From an uncultured Chthoniobacterales bacterium (lineage in GTDB: Bacteria > Verrucomicrobiota > Verrucomicrobiia > Chthoniobacterales > CAKUMP01): 40,321 bases of DNA. Below are positions 8,829 to 18,654 of the stretch, piece by piece (position 1 is the first letter of the stretch; the number at the start of each line of letters is the position of its first letter). Position numbers and translations under genes: made by a program. The notes under the pieces are model-generated. The model searched no databases, was not told the DNA's origin, and saw only the letters and a program-made list of their open reading frames with translations. The stretch covers positions 1-40,321 of the forward strand of contig CAKUMP010000002.1 in the NCBI GenBank assembly GCA_934667795.1, given 5' to 3'.

Positions 8829-9416
8829 ATGGGACTAAATCAGTTGCTTGTGATACTGGCCAACGGTCAATCGATTTTTATTAACCTGACCCGGATCGGG
8901 ATATTTATTGTGATGGCATGGATCGGAGGGTTGAAAGCGTTTCAGTATGAAGCGGATGGAATTGTTCCCTTTGTCGCGAACAGCCCCTTAATGTCTTTCT
9001 TTTACAATAAACCGGCTCCTGAATATCAGGAATATAAAAACCCGGAAGGAAAAACGGTACAGAAAAATATCGATTGGCATAAGGAAAATGGGACCTATCT
9101 CTTTGCTTATGGATTGGGTACTGTGATTGTAGTCATCGGGATAGCCACATTGTTAGGCATCTGGTTCCCTAAAATCGGTGTTATAGGTGGTTTGCTGACT
9201 TTTGGAATGTCGTTAGTCACATTGTCCTTTTTGATTACGACACCGGAGGTATATGTTCCCAACCTGGGAGGAGATTTCCCAACACCGGTGTATGGATTCC
9301 CTTATTTGTCCGGAGCTGGCAGACTGGTCCTGAAAGATGTGATTATGATGGGCGCCGGTTTGGTGGTCGCATCAGATTGCGCAAGGCGATGGAAACCACA
9401 GAGGTTCTGTGGTTAA
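8829..9416 (+). CDS. DUF417 (YkgB/RclC-like) inner-membrane protein
   Basis: The motifs GGLKAFQYEADGIVPFVANSPLMSFFY, LVTLSFLITTPE and FPYLSGAGRLVLKDVIM closely parallel E. coli YkgB/RclC as I remember it. Confidence 0.8.
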   Translation: MGLNQLLVILANGQSIFINLTRIGIFIVMAWIGGLKAFQYEADGIVPFVANSPLMSFFYNKPAPEYQEYKNPEGKTVQKNIDWHKENGTYLFAYGLGTVIVVIGIATLLGIWFPKIGVIGGLLTFGMSLVTLSFLITTPEVYVPNLGGDFPTPVYGFPYLSGAGRLVLKDVIMMGAGLVVASDCARRWKPQRFCG

Positions 9417-11287
9417 GCCAGAAGTTCTGTGAGTTCATCGATGCGTTGGGAGAAAAGTGCGAGTGCGTTTTTGATGGGTTCTGGTTCGAGCATATTGACG
9501 CCTGCCCGGGTGAGGGTTTCGATGGGTTCGCGGGAGCCCCCGGATTTGAGGAATCCGAGGTAGTTTTCGGTTTCGATTGTTCCTCCGTGCAGGACTTGTT
9601 GAGAGAGGCTGATGGCTGCGGAAATTCCGGTCGCATATTGATAGACGTAAAACGCACTGTAGAAATGCGGGATGCGCAGGAACTCGAGTTCGAGTTCTTT
9701 GTCGATTGTAAAATCGGGACCAAAATAAAGATCGAGTAATTTTCGATATTCTTTTTGGAAAACATCCAGAGTGAGCGCTTCGCCTGCTTCTTCGATTTCG
9801 TGAATACGCAGTTCGAACTCTGCAAACATCGTCTGACGGTAAAGAGTGGCACGAATATCATCGATCTGACGATTGAGTAAGTATGCGCGCATCCGTGGAT
9901 CAGTCGTTTGTTCGAGCAGGTAATGGGTGAGGAGTTCTTCATTAAATGTTGAAGCGACTTCTGCGCTGAAGATGGGGTAGTTATAGTCCTGAAAATTTTG
10001 ATATTTTTGGGAATACCAGGTGTGCATGGAGTGCCCTGCCTCATGTGCGAGTGTATAAACATCGGTGAACACATCCTTTTTATAATTCATGAGAATGTAG
10101 GGAGGATTGCTGTAACTGCTGCTGCTGAATGCACCGCTGCGTTTTCCTTTGGATTCATAGCGATCGCACCAGCGTCCACGCAGACCTTCTTCGAGAGTGC
10201 TGCAGTATTCTTCGCCAAGTGGTTGCAGGGAAGCAATCACAAGCGACACCGCATCGTCCCAGGAAGTAATTTTCTTCACTTCGTCCACCATGGGGACATA
10301 GGTGTCATAATGATGGATCTGATCGATCTTCAATGTTTTGCGACGCAGTTCATAATACTTATAGAGTGGCGCGAGTGAATCGCGTACGCTTTGGATCAGG
10401 TTTTTATAAACCGAAGTGGGGATATTATTTCCGAAAAGTGCTGCCTGCAGCGAGTCAGGGTAATTTTTTGCACGGGCATGAAAAACATCGGCTTTGACGG
10501 AATGAGAAAGTGTGGATGCCAGACCGAACTTGTGTTCGTCAATTTCCTTATAATACGAATGGAATGCTGCTTTACGAACCTCACGATGTGGATTGTAAAG
10601 GAGCTCAGAAAAAGTGCTTTGCGTCACCGGTACTGTTTCGCCTTTTTCGTTTTGAATCGTACCGTAATTGAGATCGACATTTGTTAACTGGCTATATGTC
10701 GTACTATGTCCGGAAACCGCAATGGAACCGAGCGCGAGGATACGTTCTTCGGAGGGTGTCAGCGTGTGAGGACGTTGGCGGTGAATCCGAGTGAGATACG
10801 TTTTCCAATCCTTGAGAATCGGGTCCTGAACAAAGCGGGTAAACTCCTCGTCGGAAAGGGTGAGGATTTCAGGTTTGATATAAGCGGACAAGGTGAGAAC
10901 CGACATGTAAGCGTTTTCTGCGCGTGCGATCTTGTCCAGGTTATCCGCATTCGAGCTGTCTTCGGATTCCCGGAGGCTGGCGAAATGGTAAATGCGTTCC
11001 AGGCTGAGTTCGAGTTGCTTTACGAACTCGAGTGCTTCGAGAAGCGATGCGGAAGAAGTGGTCAATGTCCCCTGGAAAGCAGAAATTTTTGGTGTCTGTT
11101 CGATCAATTCCTTCAAAGCCGTTTCCCAGGCAGCATCATGGGGGAACAGCAGCGAGAGGTCCCAGGTATCTTCGACCGCAATCTCACCACGTAAAGGAAT
11201 GCGTGCGGCATCCAACTGGGCGGAAAGATCTCCGCTATCTTTTGTTTGTCTTAAAGTATCAGTAAAGCGCGTCCAGGTATTTGTCAT
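9413..11287 (-). CDS. pepF: oligoendopeptidase F (M3B metallopeptidase)
   Basis: The 624-aa product has the HEXXH site in YTLAHEAGHSMH and the family-typical length and C-terminal helical domain. Its stop overlaps the DUF417 stop (convergent, TTAA at 9413-9416). Confidence 0.9.
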   Translation of the reverse strand: MTNTWTRFTDTLRQTKDSGDLSAQLDAARIPLRGEIAVEDTWDLSLLFPHDAAWETALKELIEQTPKISAFQGTLTTSSASLLEALEFVKQLELSLERIYHFASLRESEDSSNADNLDKIARAENAYMSVLTLSAYIKPEILTLSDEEFTRFVQDPILKDWKTYLTRIHRQRPHTLTPSEERILALGSIAVSGHSTTYSQLTNVDLNYGTIQNEKGETVPVTQSTFSELLYNPHREVRKAAFHSYYKEIDEHKFGLASTLSHSVKADVFHARAKNYPDSLQAALFGNNIPTSVYKNLIQSVRDSLAPLYKYYELRRKTLKIDQIHHYDTYVPMVDEVKKITSWDDAVSLVIASLQPLGEEYCSTLEEGLRGRWCDRYESKGKRSGAFSSSSYSNPPYILMNYKKDVFTDVYTLAHEAGHSMHTWYSQKYQNFQDYNYPIFSAEVASTFNEELLTHYLLEQTTDPRMRAYLLNRQIDDIRATLYRQTMFAEFELRIHEIEEAGEALTLDVFQKEYRKLLDLYFGPDFTIDKELELEFLRIPHFYSAFYVYQYATGISAAISLSQQVLHGGTIETENYLGFLKSGGSREPIETLTRAGVNMLEPEPIKNALALFSQRIDELTELLA

Positions 11288-11393
11288 TATGGTATAATGA
11301 AATACCGTGTTACTCGCGAATAGTCAACCACGTGGAGTGCAGTGCACGTCTTCCTGAAGGATATGTTTCACGCCAAGAAAGTGCGCTGTCACC

Positions 11394-14300
11394 CTATTCT
11401 TTTTTCGCGTTATGAGAGCCGGAGAATTTTGAGGAAAATTTTTCGACGACATAGAAGCCGACGGGGATGATGAAGATGGCGATGAGTGTGGAGGTGAGCA
11501 TTCCGCCGATGACGGCGCTTCCGAGGATTTTTCTGGAGGCGGCGCCGGATCCGGATGCGAGGAAGAGTGGGACGCAACCGAGGATAAATGCAAAGGAGGT
11601 CATGAGAATCGGGCGGAGACGGAGTTTGGCTCCGGTGAGCGCCGCATCAAGAAGCGAGTTCCCCTTTTCGTATTCCAGCTTTGCGAATTCGACAATCAGG
11701 ATCGCATTTTTGGCGGCAAGTCCGATCAGCATGACGAGCCCGATCTGGGCGTACACGTTATTTTCGAGATGGCGGATTGCCAGCATTCCGACCGCACCAA
11801 AGACCGCAATGGGAGTACTGAGAAGCACGCTGAATGGAAGGCTCCAGGATTCATATTGTGCCGCAAGAATCAGGAACACAAAGAACAAGGAAAGAGCAAA
11901 AATGGTCCCTGGAGAAACTCCCTGTGCAGCTTGTTTTTCCTGAAACGACATCCCCATATAATCGAATCCCATATCCGGGGGCATGATTTCCGCAAAGGTT
12001 TCTTCCAGTGCTTTCATGGCTTCTCCGGAACCATATCCGGGAGCTGCTGCCGCGTTAATCTGGGCACTTTGATACAGATTAAAACGCATAATAAATTCCG
12101 GCCCGACCTGATGATGAACATTGATCAATGCCGAGAGCGGGACCATTTCTCCATTGGAGTTGCGGACATAAAACTGGTTAAGCTGTTCGGCATCGGTTCG
12201 ATAATTTCCTTCTGCTTCCACGAAGACCATCCATTGACGTCCGAATCGGTTAAAGTAGTTGATAAACGATCCACCCATGAAGGTCTGGAGTGTTTTGTAC
12301 ACATCGGCGACATTGATGCCTTGTTTGAGAACTTTATCGCGATCCACTTCCACAAAAATCTGTGGCACATTCGGGAGGAGAGTGGTTGTGACAGATTGCA
12401 GTTCGGGGCGTTCGGAAGCAGCCTGGATAAATTTCGCGGTATTTTCGGCCAGGTAGGAAAGATCGCGTCCGGCTTTATCCTGGAGAAGCATGGTTACCCC
12501 ACCGGATGCACCAATACCCGGGATCGCAGGTGGCGGAAATGCGAACGCAATTGCTTCCGGCATCTGCAGAAGTTTGAAATTCAAAATGCGCTGAATATTT
12601 TTTGCCCACTGATGCGGATCGGTGCGTTCTGACCATTCTTCGAGCGTGATGAAAAAGGACGCAGAATAGGTCGCTTGTACTCCACTGATCAGGCTGTAAC
12701 CGATAATCGTTGTGGAATGCTTAATGCCTGCTGTATTTGCAAGCAGCGTTTCGATTTTACGACAAACCTCATCAGTGCGCTGCAACGAGGCCGCATCCGG
12801 AAGTTTTACGTTTAAAAATAAATACCCCTGATCTTCTTCCGGCAAAAATCCGGAAGGCAGTTTCTTTCCAAAAAATCCAATCCCGGCAGTCAAAACCAGA
12901 ATCAAAACAAATGCGATACTCACTCGTCGAATCAGTGTGCGACAGGTATTGACATAGCCATTGGTCGCGCGTTCGAAAACCCGGTTAAACCAATTGAAAA
13001 ACCGCTGGAGCAGGCCGTTGGATTCTTTCTTGGGGCGCAGCAACATCGCCGAAAGAGCCGGGCTGAGAGTCAGCGCGTTGAAAGCGGAAATAATGACAGA
13101 AATCGCAATGGTCACCGCAAACTGCTGGTACAGTTTTCCGGTAATTCCCGGAATAAATGCCGTCGGGATAAACACCGCAGAAAGAATCAGCGCGATTGCG
13201 ATGACCGGGCCGGACACCTCTTTCATCGCTTGTACAGTTGCCTCGCGTGGAGACAATCCTTTTTCGATATGATGCTCCACGGCCTCCACCACCACAATCG
13301 CATCATCCACTACCAGCCCGATTGCAAGGACCAGCCCGAAGAGCGACAAGGTGTTGATGGAAAAACCAAACATCGGGAAAAACATGAAGGTCCCAATAAG
13401 CGAAACCGGTACCGCCAGCAGTGGAATCAAGGTCGCACGCCAGCTTTGCAGAAACAGGAAAACCACCAGAATGACCAGAATCAGCGCTTCCACCAGCGTG
13501 TGCATGATTTCTTTCATCCCCTCTGTCACTGCCAGTGTGGTATCTAAAGAAATTTCATAATCCAGTCCCGGTGGGAATGACTTTTTGAGTTCTTCCATTT
13601 GCGCTTTGACTCCATTTGCGGCTTCAATTGCATTACTCCCCGGAAGCTGATTGATCGAAAGCACCGCTGCGGCCTGACCGTTAAAACGTCCACGAATACT
13701 GTAAGTCTGCGCACCAAGTTCAATGCGTGCAACATCCGCAAGACGGACAATGGAGCCATCGGAATTGGCACGGATGACAATATTGGAAAATTCTTCTTCG
13801 GTGGAAAGACGCCCTTGTGCCCGGATCGCGTACGTGAATTCCTGTCCATCGGGAACCGGCTCCGCACCGATTTGTCCGGCAGGGTTTACGGAGTTCTGGA
13901 TATTGATCGCGTTAAGAATTTCAGGGATCGTAATATTTAAATTTGCCAGTTGGTCGGGCTTTACCCAGAAACGCATCGCGTATTGTCCGGCGCCATAGAC
14001 CTGCACTTTCGCAACCCCGGGAACACGCGTCAACTGGTCGTTGATATTGATGTTTGCGTAGTTGGCGAGAAACGTGGAATCAAACGTGTTATTGGGAGAA
14101 TAAAGTGAAACGACCAGGAGCGGAGAGGACATGGCTTTTTGGACCGTGATACCGGTCGCCTGTACTTCGCTGGGGATCTGCGATGTCGCCTGGTTTTGGC
14201 GCATCTGGGTCAAAATCTGGTCGGTGTTCGCATCGCTTTCAATATCGAAATTGACGCGCATGTCCATGGAGCCATTATTCGAGTTTACGGAATACATGTA

Positions 14301-14528
14301 ATTCATGTTATCCACGCCACTCATTTGCTGCTCAATGGGAGTGGCCACTGATTGCGCAACCGTCAAGGCGTCGGCGCCGACATAACTGGCACTGATCTGG
14401 ATTTCGGGTGGGACAATATTCGGGAATTGGGAAATCGGAAGCCCAAGCATCGCGACTATCCCCATGATCACCATGATGATGGAAATGACCATGGCAACAA
14501 TTGGACGTTTAATAAAAAACTGGATCAT
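11394..14528 (-). CDS. RND multidrug efflux permease (HAE1, AcrB/MexB-like)
   Basis: The 1044-aa product has the canonical N-terminus [36 protein letters not shown], 12 TM segments and two large periplasmic loops. Confidence 0.95.
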   Translation of the reverse strand: MIQFFIKRPIVAMVISIIMVIMGIVAMLGLPISQFPNIVPPEIQISASYVGADALTVAQSVATPIEQQMSGVDNMNYMYSVNSNNGSMDMRVNFDIESDANTDQILTQMRQNQATSQIPSEVQATGITVQKAMSSPLLVVSLYSPNNTFDSTFLANYANININDQLTRVPGVAKVQVYGAGQYAMRFWVKPDQLANLNITIPEILNAINIQNSVNPAGQIGAEPVPDGQEFTYAIRAQGRLSTEEEFSNIVIRANSDGSIVRLADVARIELGAQTYSIRGRFNGQAAAVLSINQLPGSNAIEAANGVKAQMEELKKSFPPGLDYEISLDTTLAVTEGMKEIMHTLVEALILVILVVFLFLQSWRATLIPLLAVPVSLIGTFMFFPMFGFSINTLSLFGLVLAIGLVVDDAIVVVEAVEHHIEKGLSPREATVQAMKEVSGPVIAIALILSAVFIPTAFIPGITGKLYQQFAVTIAISVIISAFNALTLSPALSAMLLRPKKESNGLLQRFFNWFNRVFERATNGYVNTCRTLIRRVSIAFVLILVLTAGIGFFGKKLPSGFLPEEDQGYLFLNVKLPDAASLQRTDEVCRKIETLLANTAGIKHSTTIIGYSLISGVQATYSASFFITLEEWSERTDPHQWAKNIQRILNFKLLQMPEAIAFAFPPPAIPGIGASGGVTMLLQDKAGRDLSYLAENTAKFIQAASERPELQSVTTTLLPNVPQIFVEVDRDKVLKQGINVADVYKTLQTFMGGSFINYFNRFGRQWMVFVEAEGNYRTDAEQLNQFYVRNSNGEMVPLSALINVHHQVGPEFIMRFNLYQSAQINAAAAPGYGSGEAMKALEETFAEIMPPDMGFDYMGMSFQEKQAAQGVSPGTIFALSLFFVFLILAAQYESWSLPFSVLLSTPIAVFGAVGMLAIRHLENNVYAQIGLVMLIGLAAKNAILIVEFAKLEYEKGNSLLDAALTGAKLRLRPILMTSFAFILGCVPLFLASGSGAASRKILGSAVIGGMLTSTLIAIFIIPVGFYVVEKFSSKFSGSHNAKKE

Positions 14529-14613
14529 AGTGCTGGTGCGTTTTGAGTGAAAATGTAGTCAGAAATAAATGTGAAAAATAACGAAGGACGGGAAAGCACG
14601 GATATCCTTTTTT

Positions 14614-15927
14614 TTACGAAGGGTCTGCGGGAGTCGTTGCCGGGGCTGCCTCTGCGGGGGTGGGGGAAGTTTCTGCCGGAGCTGGCGTTGTGGGAGCTTC
14701 AGCGTTGGCTGGCGTTGCGGACGGAGATTCAGCAGCTTCGGAGGATTCGGAATTTTCGCCGGGAGCAGCAGCAGAGGATTCTTCGGCTGGCGGCTGATAC
14801 GGCTGGGGCGTGACGGTCGCTCCATCTTTCAGTCGCTGGAAACCTTCGATAACGACTTTTTCGCCGGGATTTACACCTTCCGTGATGACCCAATTGGATC
14901 CATTACGGGAACCGACATTGACATTGCGGATGCTGGCGGTGTTGTCCTCATTTATTACTGCGACTTGGAAAACGCCCTGAAGCTCATTGATCGCGCGTTG
15001 CGGGATCAAAATGGCATTGTCCTGCGATTTGATCTGCGCACGGATTTTTGCGTATTGGCCCGGACGCAGAAGATGATCCGGATTCGGGAACTCTGCAATG
15101 AGGGTCAGCGTTCCGGTATTGACATCCACCTGGCGATTTCCGGAAACGATTCTTCCTTTGTGAGGGAAAACGGTTCCGTCTGAGAGGATCAACTCGAGTC
15201 CGGCTTCCGATGAACCGTTATTCAGTTCCCCAAATTCGCCGCGACGAAAACGAAGATACGTTTGTTCGTTGATGTTAAATTGCACTTTAATCGGGTGAAT
15301 CGTCGAAAGCGTTGTCAGTGGACCGGAAGCAGGACCGACCAGATTTCCGATCTGGGCATTTGCAAGACCTGCGACGCCGGCAATAGGCGCTGTGATTTTG
15401 GTGAACTCAAGATTCAGAGCGGCGGAATCAGCGGCGGCTTTTGCTCCGGCCATTTCTGCCATTGATGCTTTATTGGCTTGAACTGCATTGTCGTATTCCA
15501 TTTGAGAAATGGTTTTTTCTGTCCAGAGCTGGGTTGCACGTTCGAGGTCTTGTTGAGACTTGGTGAGCTTTGCCTGTGTCTGAGCCAGGTTTGCTTGTGC
15601 TTTATCAAAATCTGCTTGAAAGGGGCGAGGATCAATCTGGAAAAGAAGATCTCCTTTTTTGACCGGACGTCCTTCTTCGTAATTTTGTGAAAGGATGATG
15701 CCATTGACTTGCGCGCGAATTTCCGCATTGACCAATCCCTCGACGGATCCCAGCCATTCATCAAAAATCGGAACATCCTGCGTTTCCACCACTATATAAG
15801 ATGCCGTTGGAGGAGGAATCTCCGGCATCTGCGGACGTTTGCAGGAAGAAAAAGTAATGGCAAGACTTAGCCCCGACAATAAACAGACGCGCGAAGCAAA
15901 ATTTCTGGAACGGATGGAATGGAACAT
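14614..15927 (-). CDS. RND efflux periplasmic adaptor (MFP) lipoprotein with a P/A/E/S-rich C-terminal tail
   Basis: It has a lipobox (LAITFSSC), a lipoyl-like hairpin (RAQVNGIILSQNYEEGRPVKKGDLLFQIDPRPFQA) and a coiled-coil hairpin. It lies directly upstream of the permease. Confidence 0.9.
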   Translation of the reverse strand: MFHSIRSRNFASRVCLLSGLSLAITFSSCKRPQMPEIPPPTASYIVVETQDVPIFDEWLGSVEGLVNAEIRAQVNGIILSQNYEEGRPVKKGDLLFQIDPRPFQADFDKAQANLAQTQAKLTKSQQDLERATQLWTEKTISQMEYDNAVQANKASMAEMAGAKAAADSAALNLEFTKITAPIAGVAGLANAQIGNLVGPASGPLTTLSTIHPIKVQFNINEQTYLRFRRGEFGELNNGSSEAGLELILSDGTVFPHKGRIVSGNRQVDVNTGTLTLIAEFPNPDHLLRPGQYAKIRAQIKSQDNAILIPQRAINELQGVFQVAVINEDNTASIRNVNVGSRNGSNWVITEGVNPGEKVVIEGFQRLKDGATVTPQPYQPPAEESSAAAPGENSESSEAAESPSATPANAEAPTTPAPAETSPTPAEAAPATTPADPS

Positions 15928-16031
15928 AACGGTAGAATGTTGGGATAATAGTTCAGGTTGTATAAACCAAAAAATATATAGGCTCCTTTAAACCATAAAC
16001 CGCACAAAATGCACAGGATGATTTTTAAAAA

Positions 16032-16062
16032 TTTAGGAGTGCGGTGACACGTCACCGCTTTT
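16032..16062 (+). repeat. solo copy of the TTTGGAGTGCGG-hairpin-CCGCTTT repeat module
   Basis: TTTAGGAGTGCGGTGACACGTCACCGCTTTT has a perfect GCGGTGAC/GTCACCGC stem. It is related to the modules at 20283, 28288 and 28673(rc). Confidence 0.6.
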
Positions 16063-16145
16063 AACCGGGCGACACGTCGATCGAATCGACCCTTGAAGTT
16101 GGGTGACGGAGACGTCGGCAGGGGAGATTAGACGCTCCTGACCGA

Positions 16146-16589
16146 TCAGGATGTGGGTTGTTTTTGGAAAAGGGATGGAAATTTTGTTGCCCAGTCGGCA
16201 GGAAGGCGCACGGGGCGCATGGAATGAATATCTACCAGTGCGAGCGATTGCCGGCAGGTGGTGAGCAATTCCTGATCGGATTCACGATGGATTTGAAAAT
16301 CGCACCAGAAGCGCGAGCGTTCAATCGAGGTGATTTCTGCCGAAATGATCAGCGTATCTCCAATTCGACCGGGCCTGCGGTAATTGATTTCTGTACGAAC
16401 TACTGCAGGCGTAATGCCGGTTTCAGGCAGATCCGTCAGTTTCCATCCAAGTTTTTCTGCTAATAATGTACGCGCGTATTCAATGATACGAAGGTATGCG
16501 ACGTTATGCACGACACCGGCACAGTCGGTGTCATAAAACATTACACGGACGGTAGTTACGAGAGAAAGTGGGTTTTGTGACTGATCCAT
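16146..16589 (-). CDS. YbgC/4HBT-family acyl-CoA thioesterase (hotdog fold)
   Basis: The 147-aa product carries VRVMFYDTDCAGVVHNVAYLRIIEYART, the catalytic Asp motif of the 4HBT class. Confidence 0.85.
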   Translation of the reverse strand: MDQSQNPLSLVTTVRVMFYDTDCAGVVHNVAYLRIIEYARTLLAEKLGWKLTDLPETGITPAVVRTEINYRRPGRIGDTLIISAEITSIERSRFWCDFQIHRESDQELLTTCRQSLALVDIHSMRPVRLPADWATKFPSLFQKQPTS

Positions 16590-16725
16590 AACGGGTGTAT
16601 TGTGGCGGTTTTACGTCAGAAAATCCAATGGAAAAAATCAGAGGAGAAATGAAATTGAAACATCAAGGGGTTTGCTATCAGAGTTAAAATCTACTAAAAT
16701 ACGTCATTAATATGGAGAGGGAGAA

Positions 16726-18654
16726 ATGAAAATTGCCTATTTATTCAGCCGATACCCGGTGGTGTCGCAGACGTTTTGCGAAACAGAAATGCTGGCACTG
16801 GAGGCAATGGGAATCGACTTGACGATTGGCTCGATCCACGAAGCAACCACGAGTTTTCGTCATGGACATAGTAAATTGCTGAAAGCCCCCGTGTATTACG
16901 CACCACCGATTCCGGTGCGAAAACGCTGGGAACAGTTGGCAAAACAGGATGGCGATTGGCCGGATGAATTGATTGCAACCCACGACGAGCGATTTGGTGC
17001 CGATATGAAATCCGGTCTGCGTGCGCGCAATGCGCTTTATTTTGCAAAATTGTTTCGCGAAAAAGGCGTCCAGCATATTCATGTGCATTTTGCCAATCGC
17101 GCAACGCATACCGCCATGTTTATTAGCCAGTTGAGCGGTATTCCCTTTAGTTTTACTGCACATGCGCAGGATTTCATGGTGGATTTACCGGAAGAAATGG
17201 TGCGGGGATTTGTAGAGGCCGCAAAATTTGTGGTGGGGGTCAGTGATTTTAGTTGTGGGTTGCTGAAAAAAATGTGCCCGGGACACGAAGAAAAAATTCA
17301 TCGCGTTTATAATGGAATTGATGTGGAAAAATTCCGTTCCGGTGTACATGTCAACAGTGTGCCGAAAATTGTCAGCATCGGACGATTGATAGAGTTCAAG
17401 GGGTTTCGTCATTTAGTTCAGGCATGTGAAGGGTTGCGGGAACGTGGATTGGAGTTTGAATGTGAAATTATCGGGGATGGGCCATTGCGGCAAGAACTGG
17501 AGGAAATGATTGAGAAGGCTGGTCTGCAGGATTATGTGAAACTGCGAGGGATTTTATCGCAGGAAAATGTAGCATTGCATTTGCGCGAAGCAGACTTGTT
17601 TGTCTTGGCGTCGGATATAGATGACAAGGGAGCGAGTGATATTTTACCGACCGTGATTCTGGAAGCGATGGCATGCGGACGTCCGGTGATTTCTACGGAT
17701 GTGGCAGGGATTCCTGAGATGGTGCGCGATGGGGAAACCGGGCGGGTGGTGAAGCGAGGGGACATTAAAGGGTTTGTTCATGCGATGTTTGAATTGCTGG
17801 CAGATCATGAACAACGTCGGGATTTTGGAGCCGCAGGACGTCGGCGCCTGGAAGAACAATTTACCGTTAAACAGACTTCTCGCGCGCTGAAAGAATTGTT
17901 TGAAAAATATGCGGACACGAGCGTAACAGCGTCAGAAAAAATAGAGGAAAGAAAAAAAGGGACAGATGTTTTATTGTTGAATTCAGCATGGCCGGATAAG
18001 GAGTTTCCTTTAATGGAAACAGAAAAAAATGCGCTGGAGCAGGCCGGAATCAGCGTGCGTGCACTTGTTTGCAATGTCATAGATGGAAAATGGTTAAAAG
18101 ATGTTGATGTCCGACCTATTGAATATTTTCCTGACATGATGCTGCTGGAGGCAGATTGGCGGGCGTATTCAAAAGAGGCGCATAAGCTCGAGCAAATGCG
18201 TTGGGAATTTGGAGACGGAATTTCAACCGAAGTATTTCTGGAATCAGCGAAGGCGGCATTGTGGTTGCAATTGCGTGAAGGTGATTTCAAGGATCGGCAT
18301 TTGCATGTGTATGGACAAAAAGCATTATTAACAGGAGTGCTTTGGAAACGGCTGTCCGGCGGTGGAAGGATTTCTGTGACATTGGAACGCAAGCCGGAGT
18401 GGCCGGATGAGGTGTTGAAAATACTTTTGGGAGAGGTGGTGGGGGGAAGGGCGGCTTCGCGATTGTTGGTCGAGCGGTTTGATCGTGTGTTGAAAGTGGA
18501 TTACGATGCCTGGCGACCTGCAAAAAGTGCTTCCGGCGGTGGAGTGTTCCGTATATTCCAGCGCAAAAAAGAAGACGAAGATTCTTCATGGGGCGGGATG
18601 TTGCCATCGGAAAAATGGGTGGAAGATATTGTTGCCTGGAGCCGGTTAGGATGA
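16726..18654 (+). CDS. GT4 (GT-B, WcaL-like) glycosyltransferase with a ~230-aa C-terminal extension
   Basis: An SD-like GGAGAGGGAG precedes the ATG. The N-terminus is MKIAYLFSRYPVVSQTF and the E-x7-E region is ILEAMACGRPVISTDVAGIPEMVRDGETG. The extension beyond about aa 410 has no obvious family. Confidence 0.85.
   Translation: MKIAYLFSRYPVVSQTFCETEMLALEAMGIDLTIGSIHEATTSFRHGHSKLLKAPVYYAPPIPVRKRWEQLAKQDGDWPDELIATHDERFGADMKSGLRARNALYFAKLFREKGVQHIHVHFANRATHTAMFISQLSGIPFSFTAHAQDFMVDLPEEMVRGFVEAAKFVVGVSDFSCGLLKKMCPGHEEKIHRVYNGIDVEKFRSGVHVNSVPKIVSIGRLIEFKGFRHLVQACEGLRERGLEFECEIIGDGPLRQELEEMIEKAGLQDYVKLRGILSQENVALHLREADLFVLASDIDDKGASDILPTVILEAMACGRPVISTDVAGIPEMVRDGETGRVVKRGDIKGFVHAMFELLADHEQRRDFGAAGRRRLEEQFTVKQTSRALKELFEKYADTSVTASEKIEERKKGTDVLLLNSAWPDKEFPLMETEKNALEQAGISVRALVCNVIDGKWLKDVDVRPIEYFPDMMLLEADWRAYSKEAHKLEQMRWEFGDGISTEVFLESAKAALWLQLREGDFKDRHLHVYGQKALLTGVLWKRLSGGGRISVTLERKPEWPDEVLKILLGEVVGGRAASRLLVERFDRVLKVDYDAWRPAKSASGGGVFRIFQRKKEDEDSSWGGMLPSEKWVEDIVAWSRLG

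Noticed and set aside
9413-9416. The convergent DUF417 and pepF genes share their stop codons (TTAA).
   Set aside because: The overlap is real but is a trivial consequence of genome compaction. There is no evidence of regulatory significance.
9343-10074. A 243-aa minus-strand ORF rich in S, P and K.
   Set aside because: It is on the same strand as pepF but out of frame with it, and it runs across the DUF417/pepF junction. The pepF frame carries the HEXXH site.
11289-11297. A perfect extended -10, TGGTATAAT, on the plus strand.
   Set aside because: It directly abuts the pepF start codon on the other strand. It would only drive antisense transcription into the RND permease gene, and there is no plus-strand gene downstream. 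It is probably chance in AT-rich start-region sequence.
11769-12632. A 287-aa plus-strand ORF, together with several 60-160-aa ORFs between 11467 and 14546.
   Set aside because: They are antisense or out of frame within the RND permease gene. The permease homology is unambiguous along its whole length.
14559-14825. An 88-aa proline/arginine-rich minus-strand ORF. The ORFs at 25151-25611 across the DUF2339 repeat are similar cases.
   Set aside because: These are out-of-frame readings of low-complexity or tandem-repeat coding DNA belonging to the adaptor tail and the DUF2339 linker.
15990-16125. A possible full MITE copy around the 16032 hairpin module.
   Set aside because: Only the ~30-nt hairpin module is recognisable. 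No matching inverted terminus lies ~120 nt away, and CCGCACAAAA at 15998 is in the wrong relative orientation. I report only a solo module.
16650-16709. A 19-aa mini-ORF (MEKIRGEMKLKHQGVCYQS) upstream of the GT4 gene, considered as a possible leader peptide.
   Set aside because: It has no SD, no attenuator-like alternative hairpins and no amino-acid bias suggestive of attenuation. It cannot be supported from sequence.
17805-18392. A 195-aa minus-strand ORF.
   Set aside because: It is antisense to the GT4 C-terminal extension. It is low-complexity and Ser/Arg-rich and has no start context.
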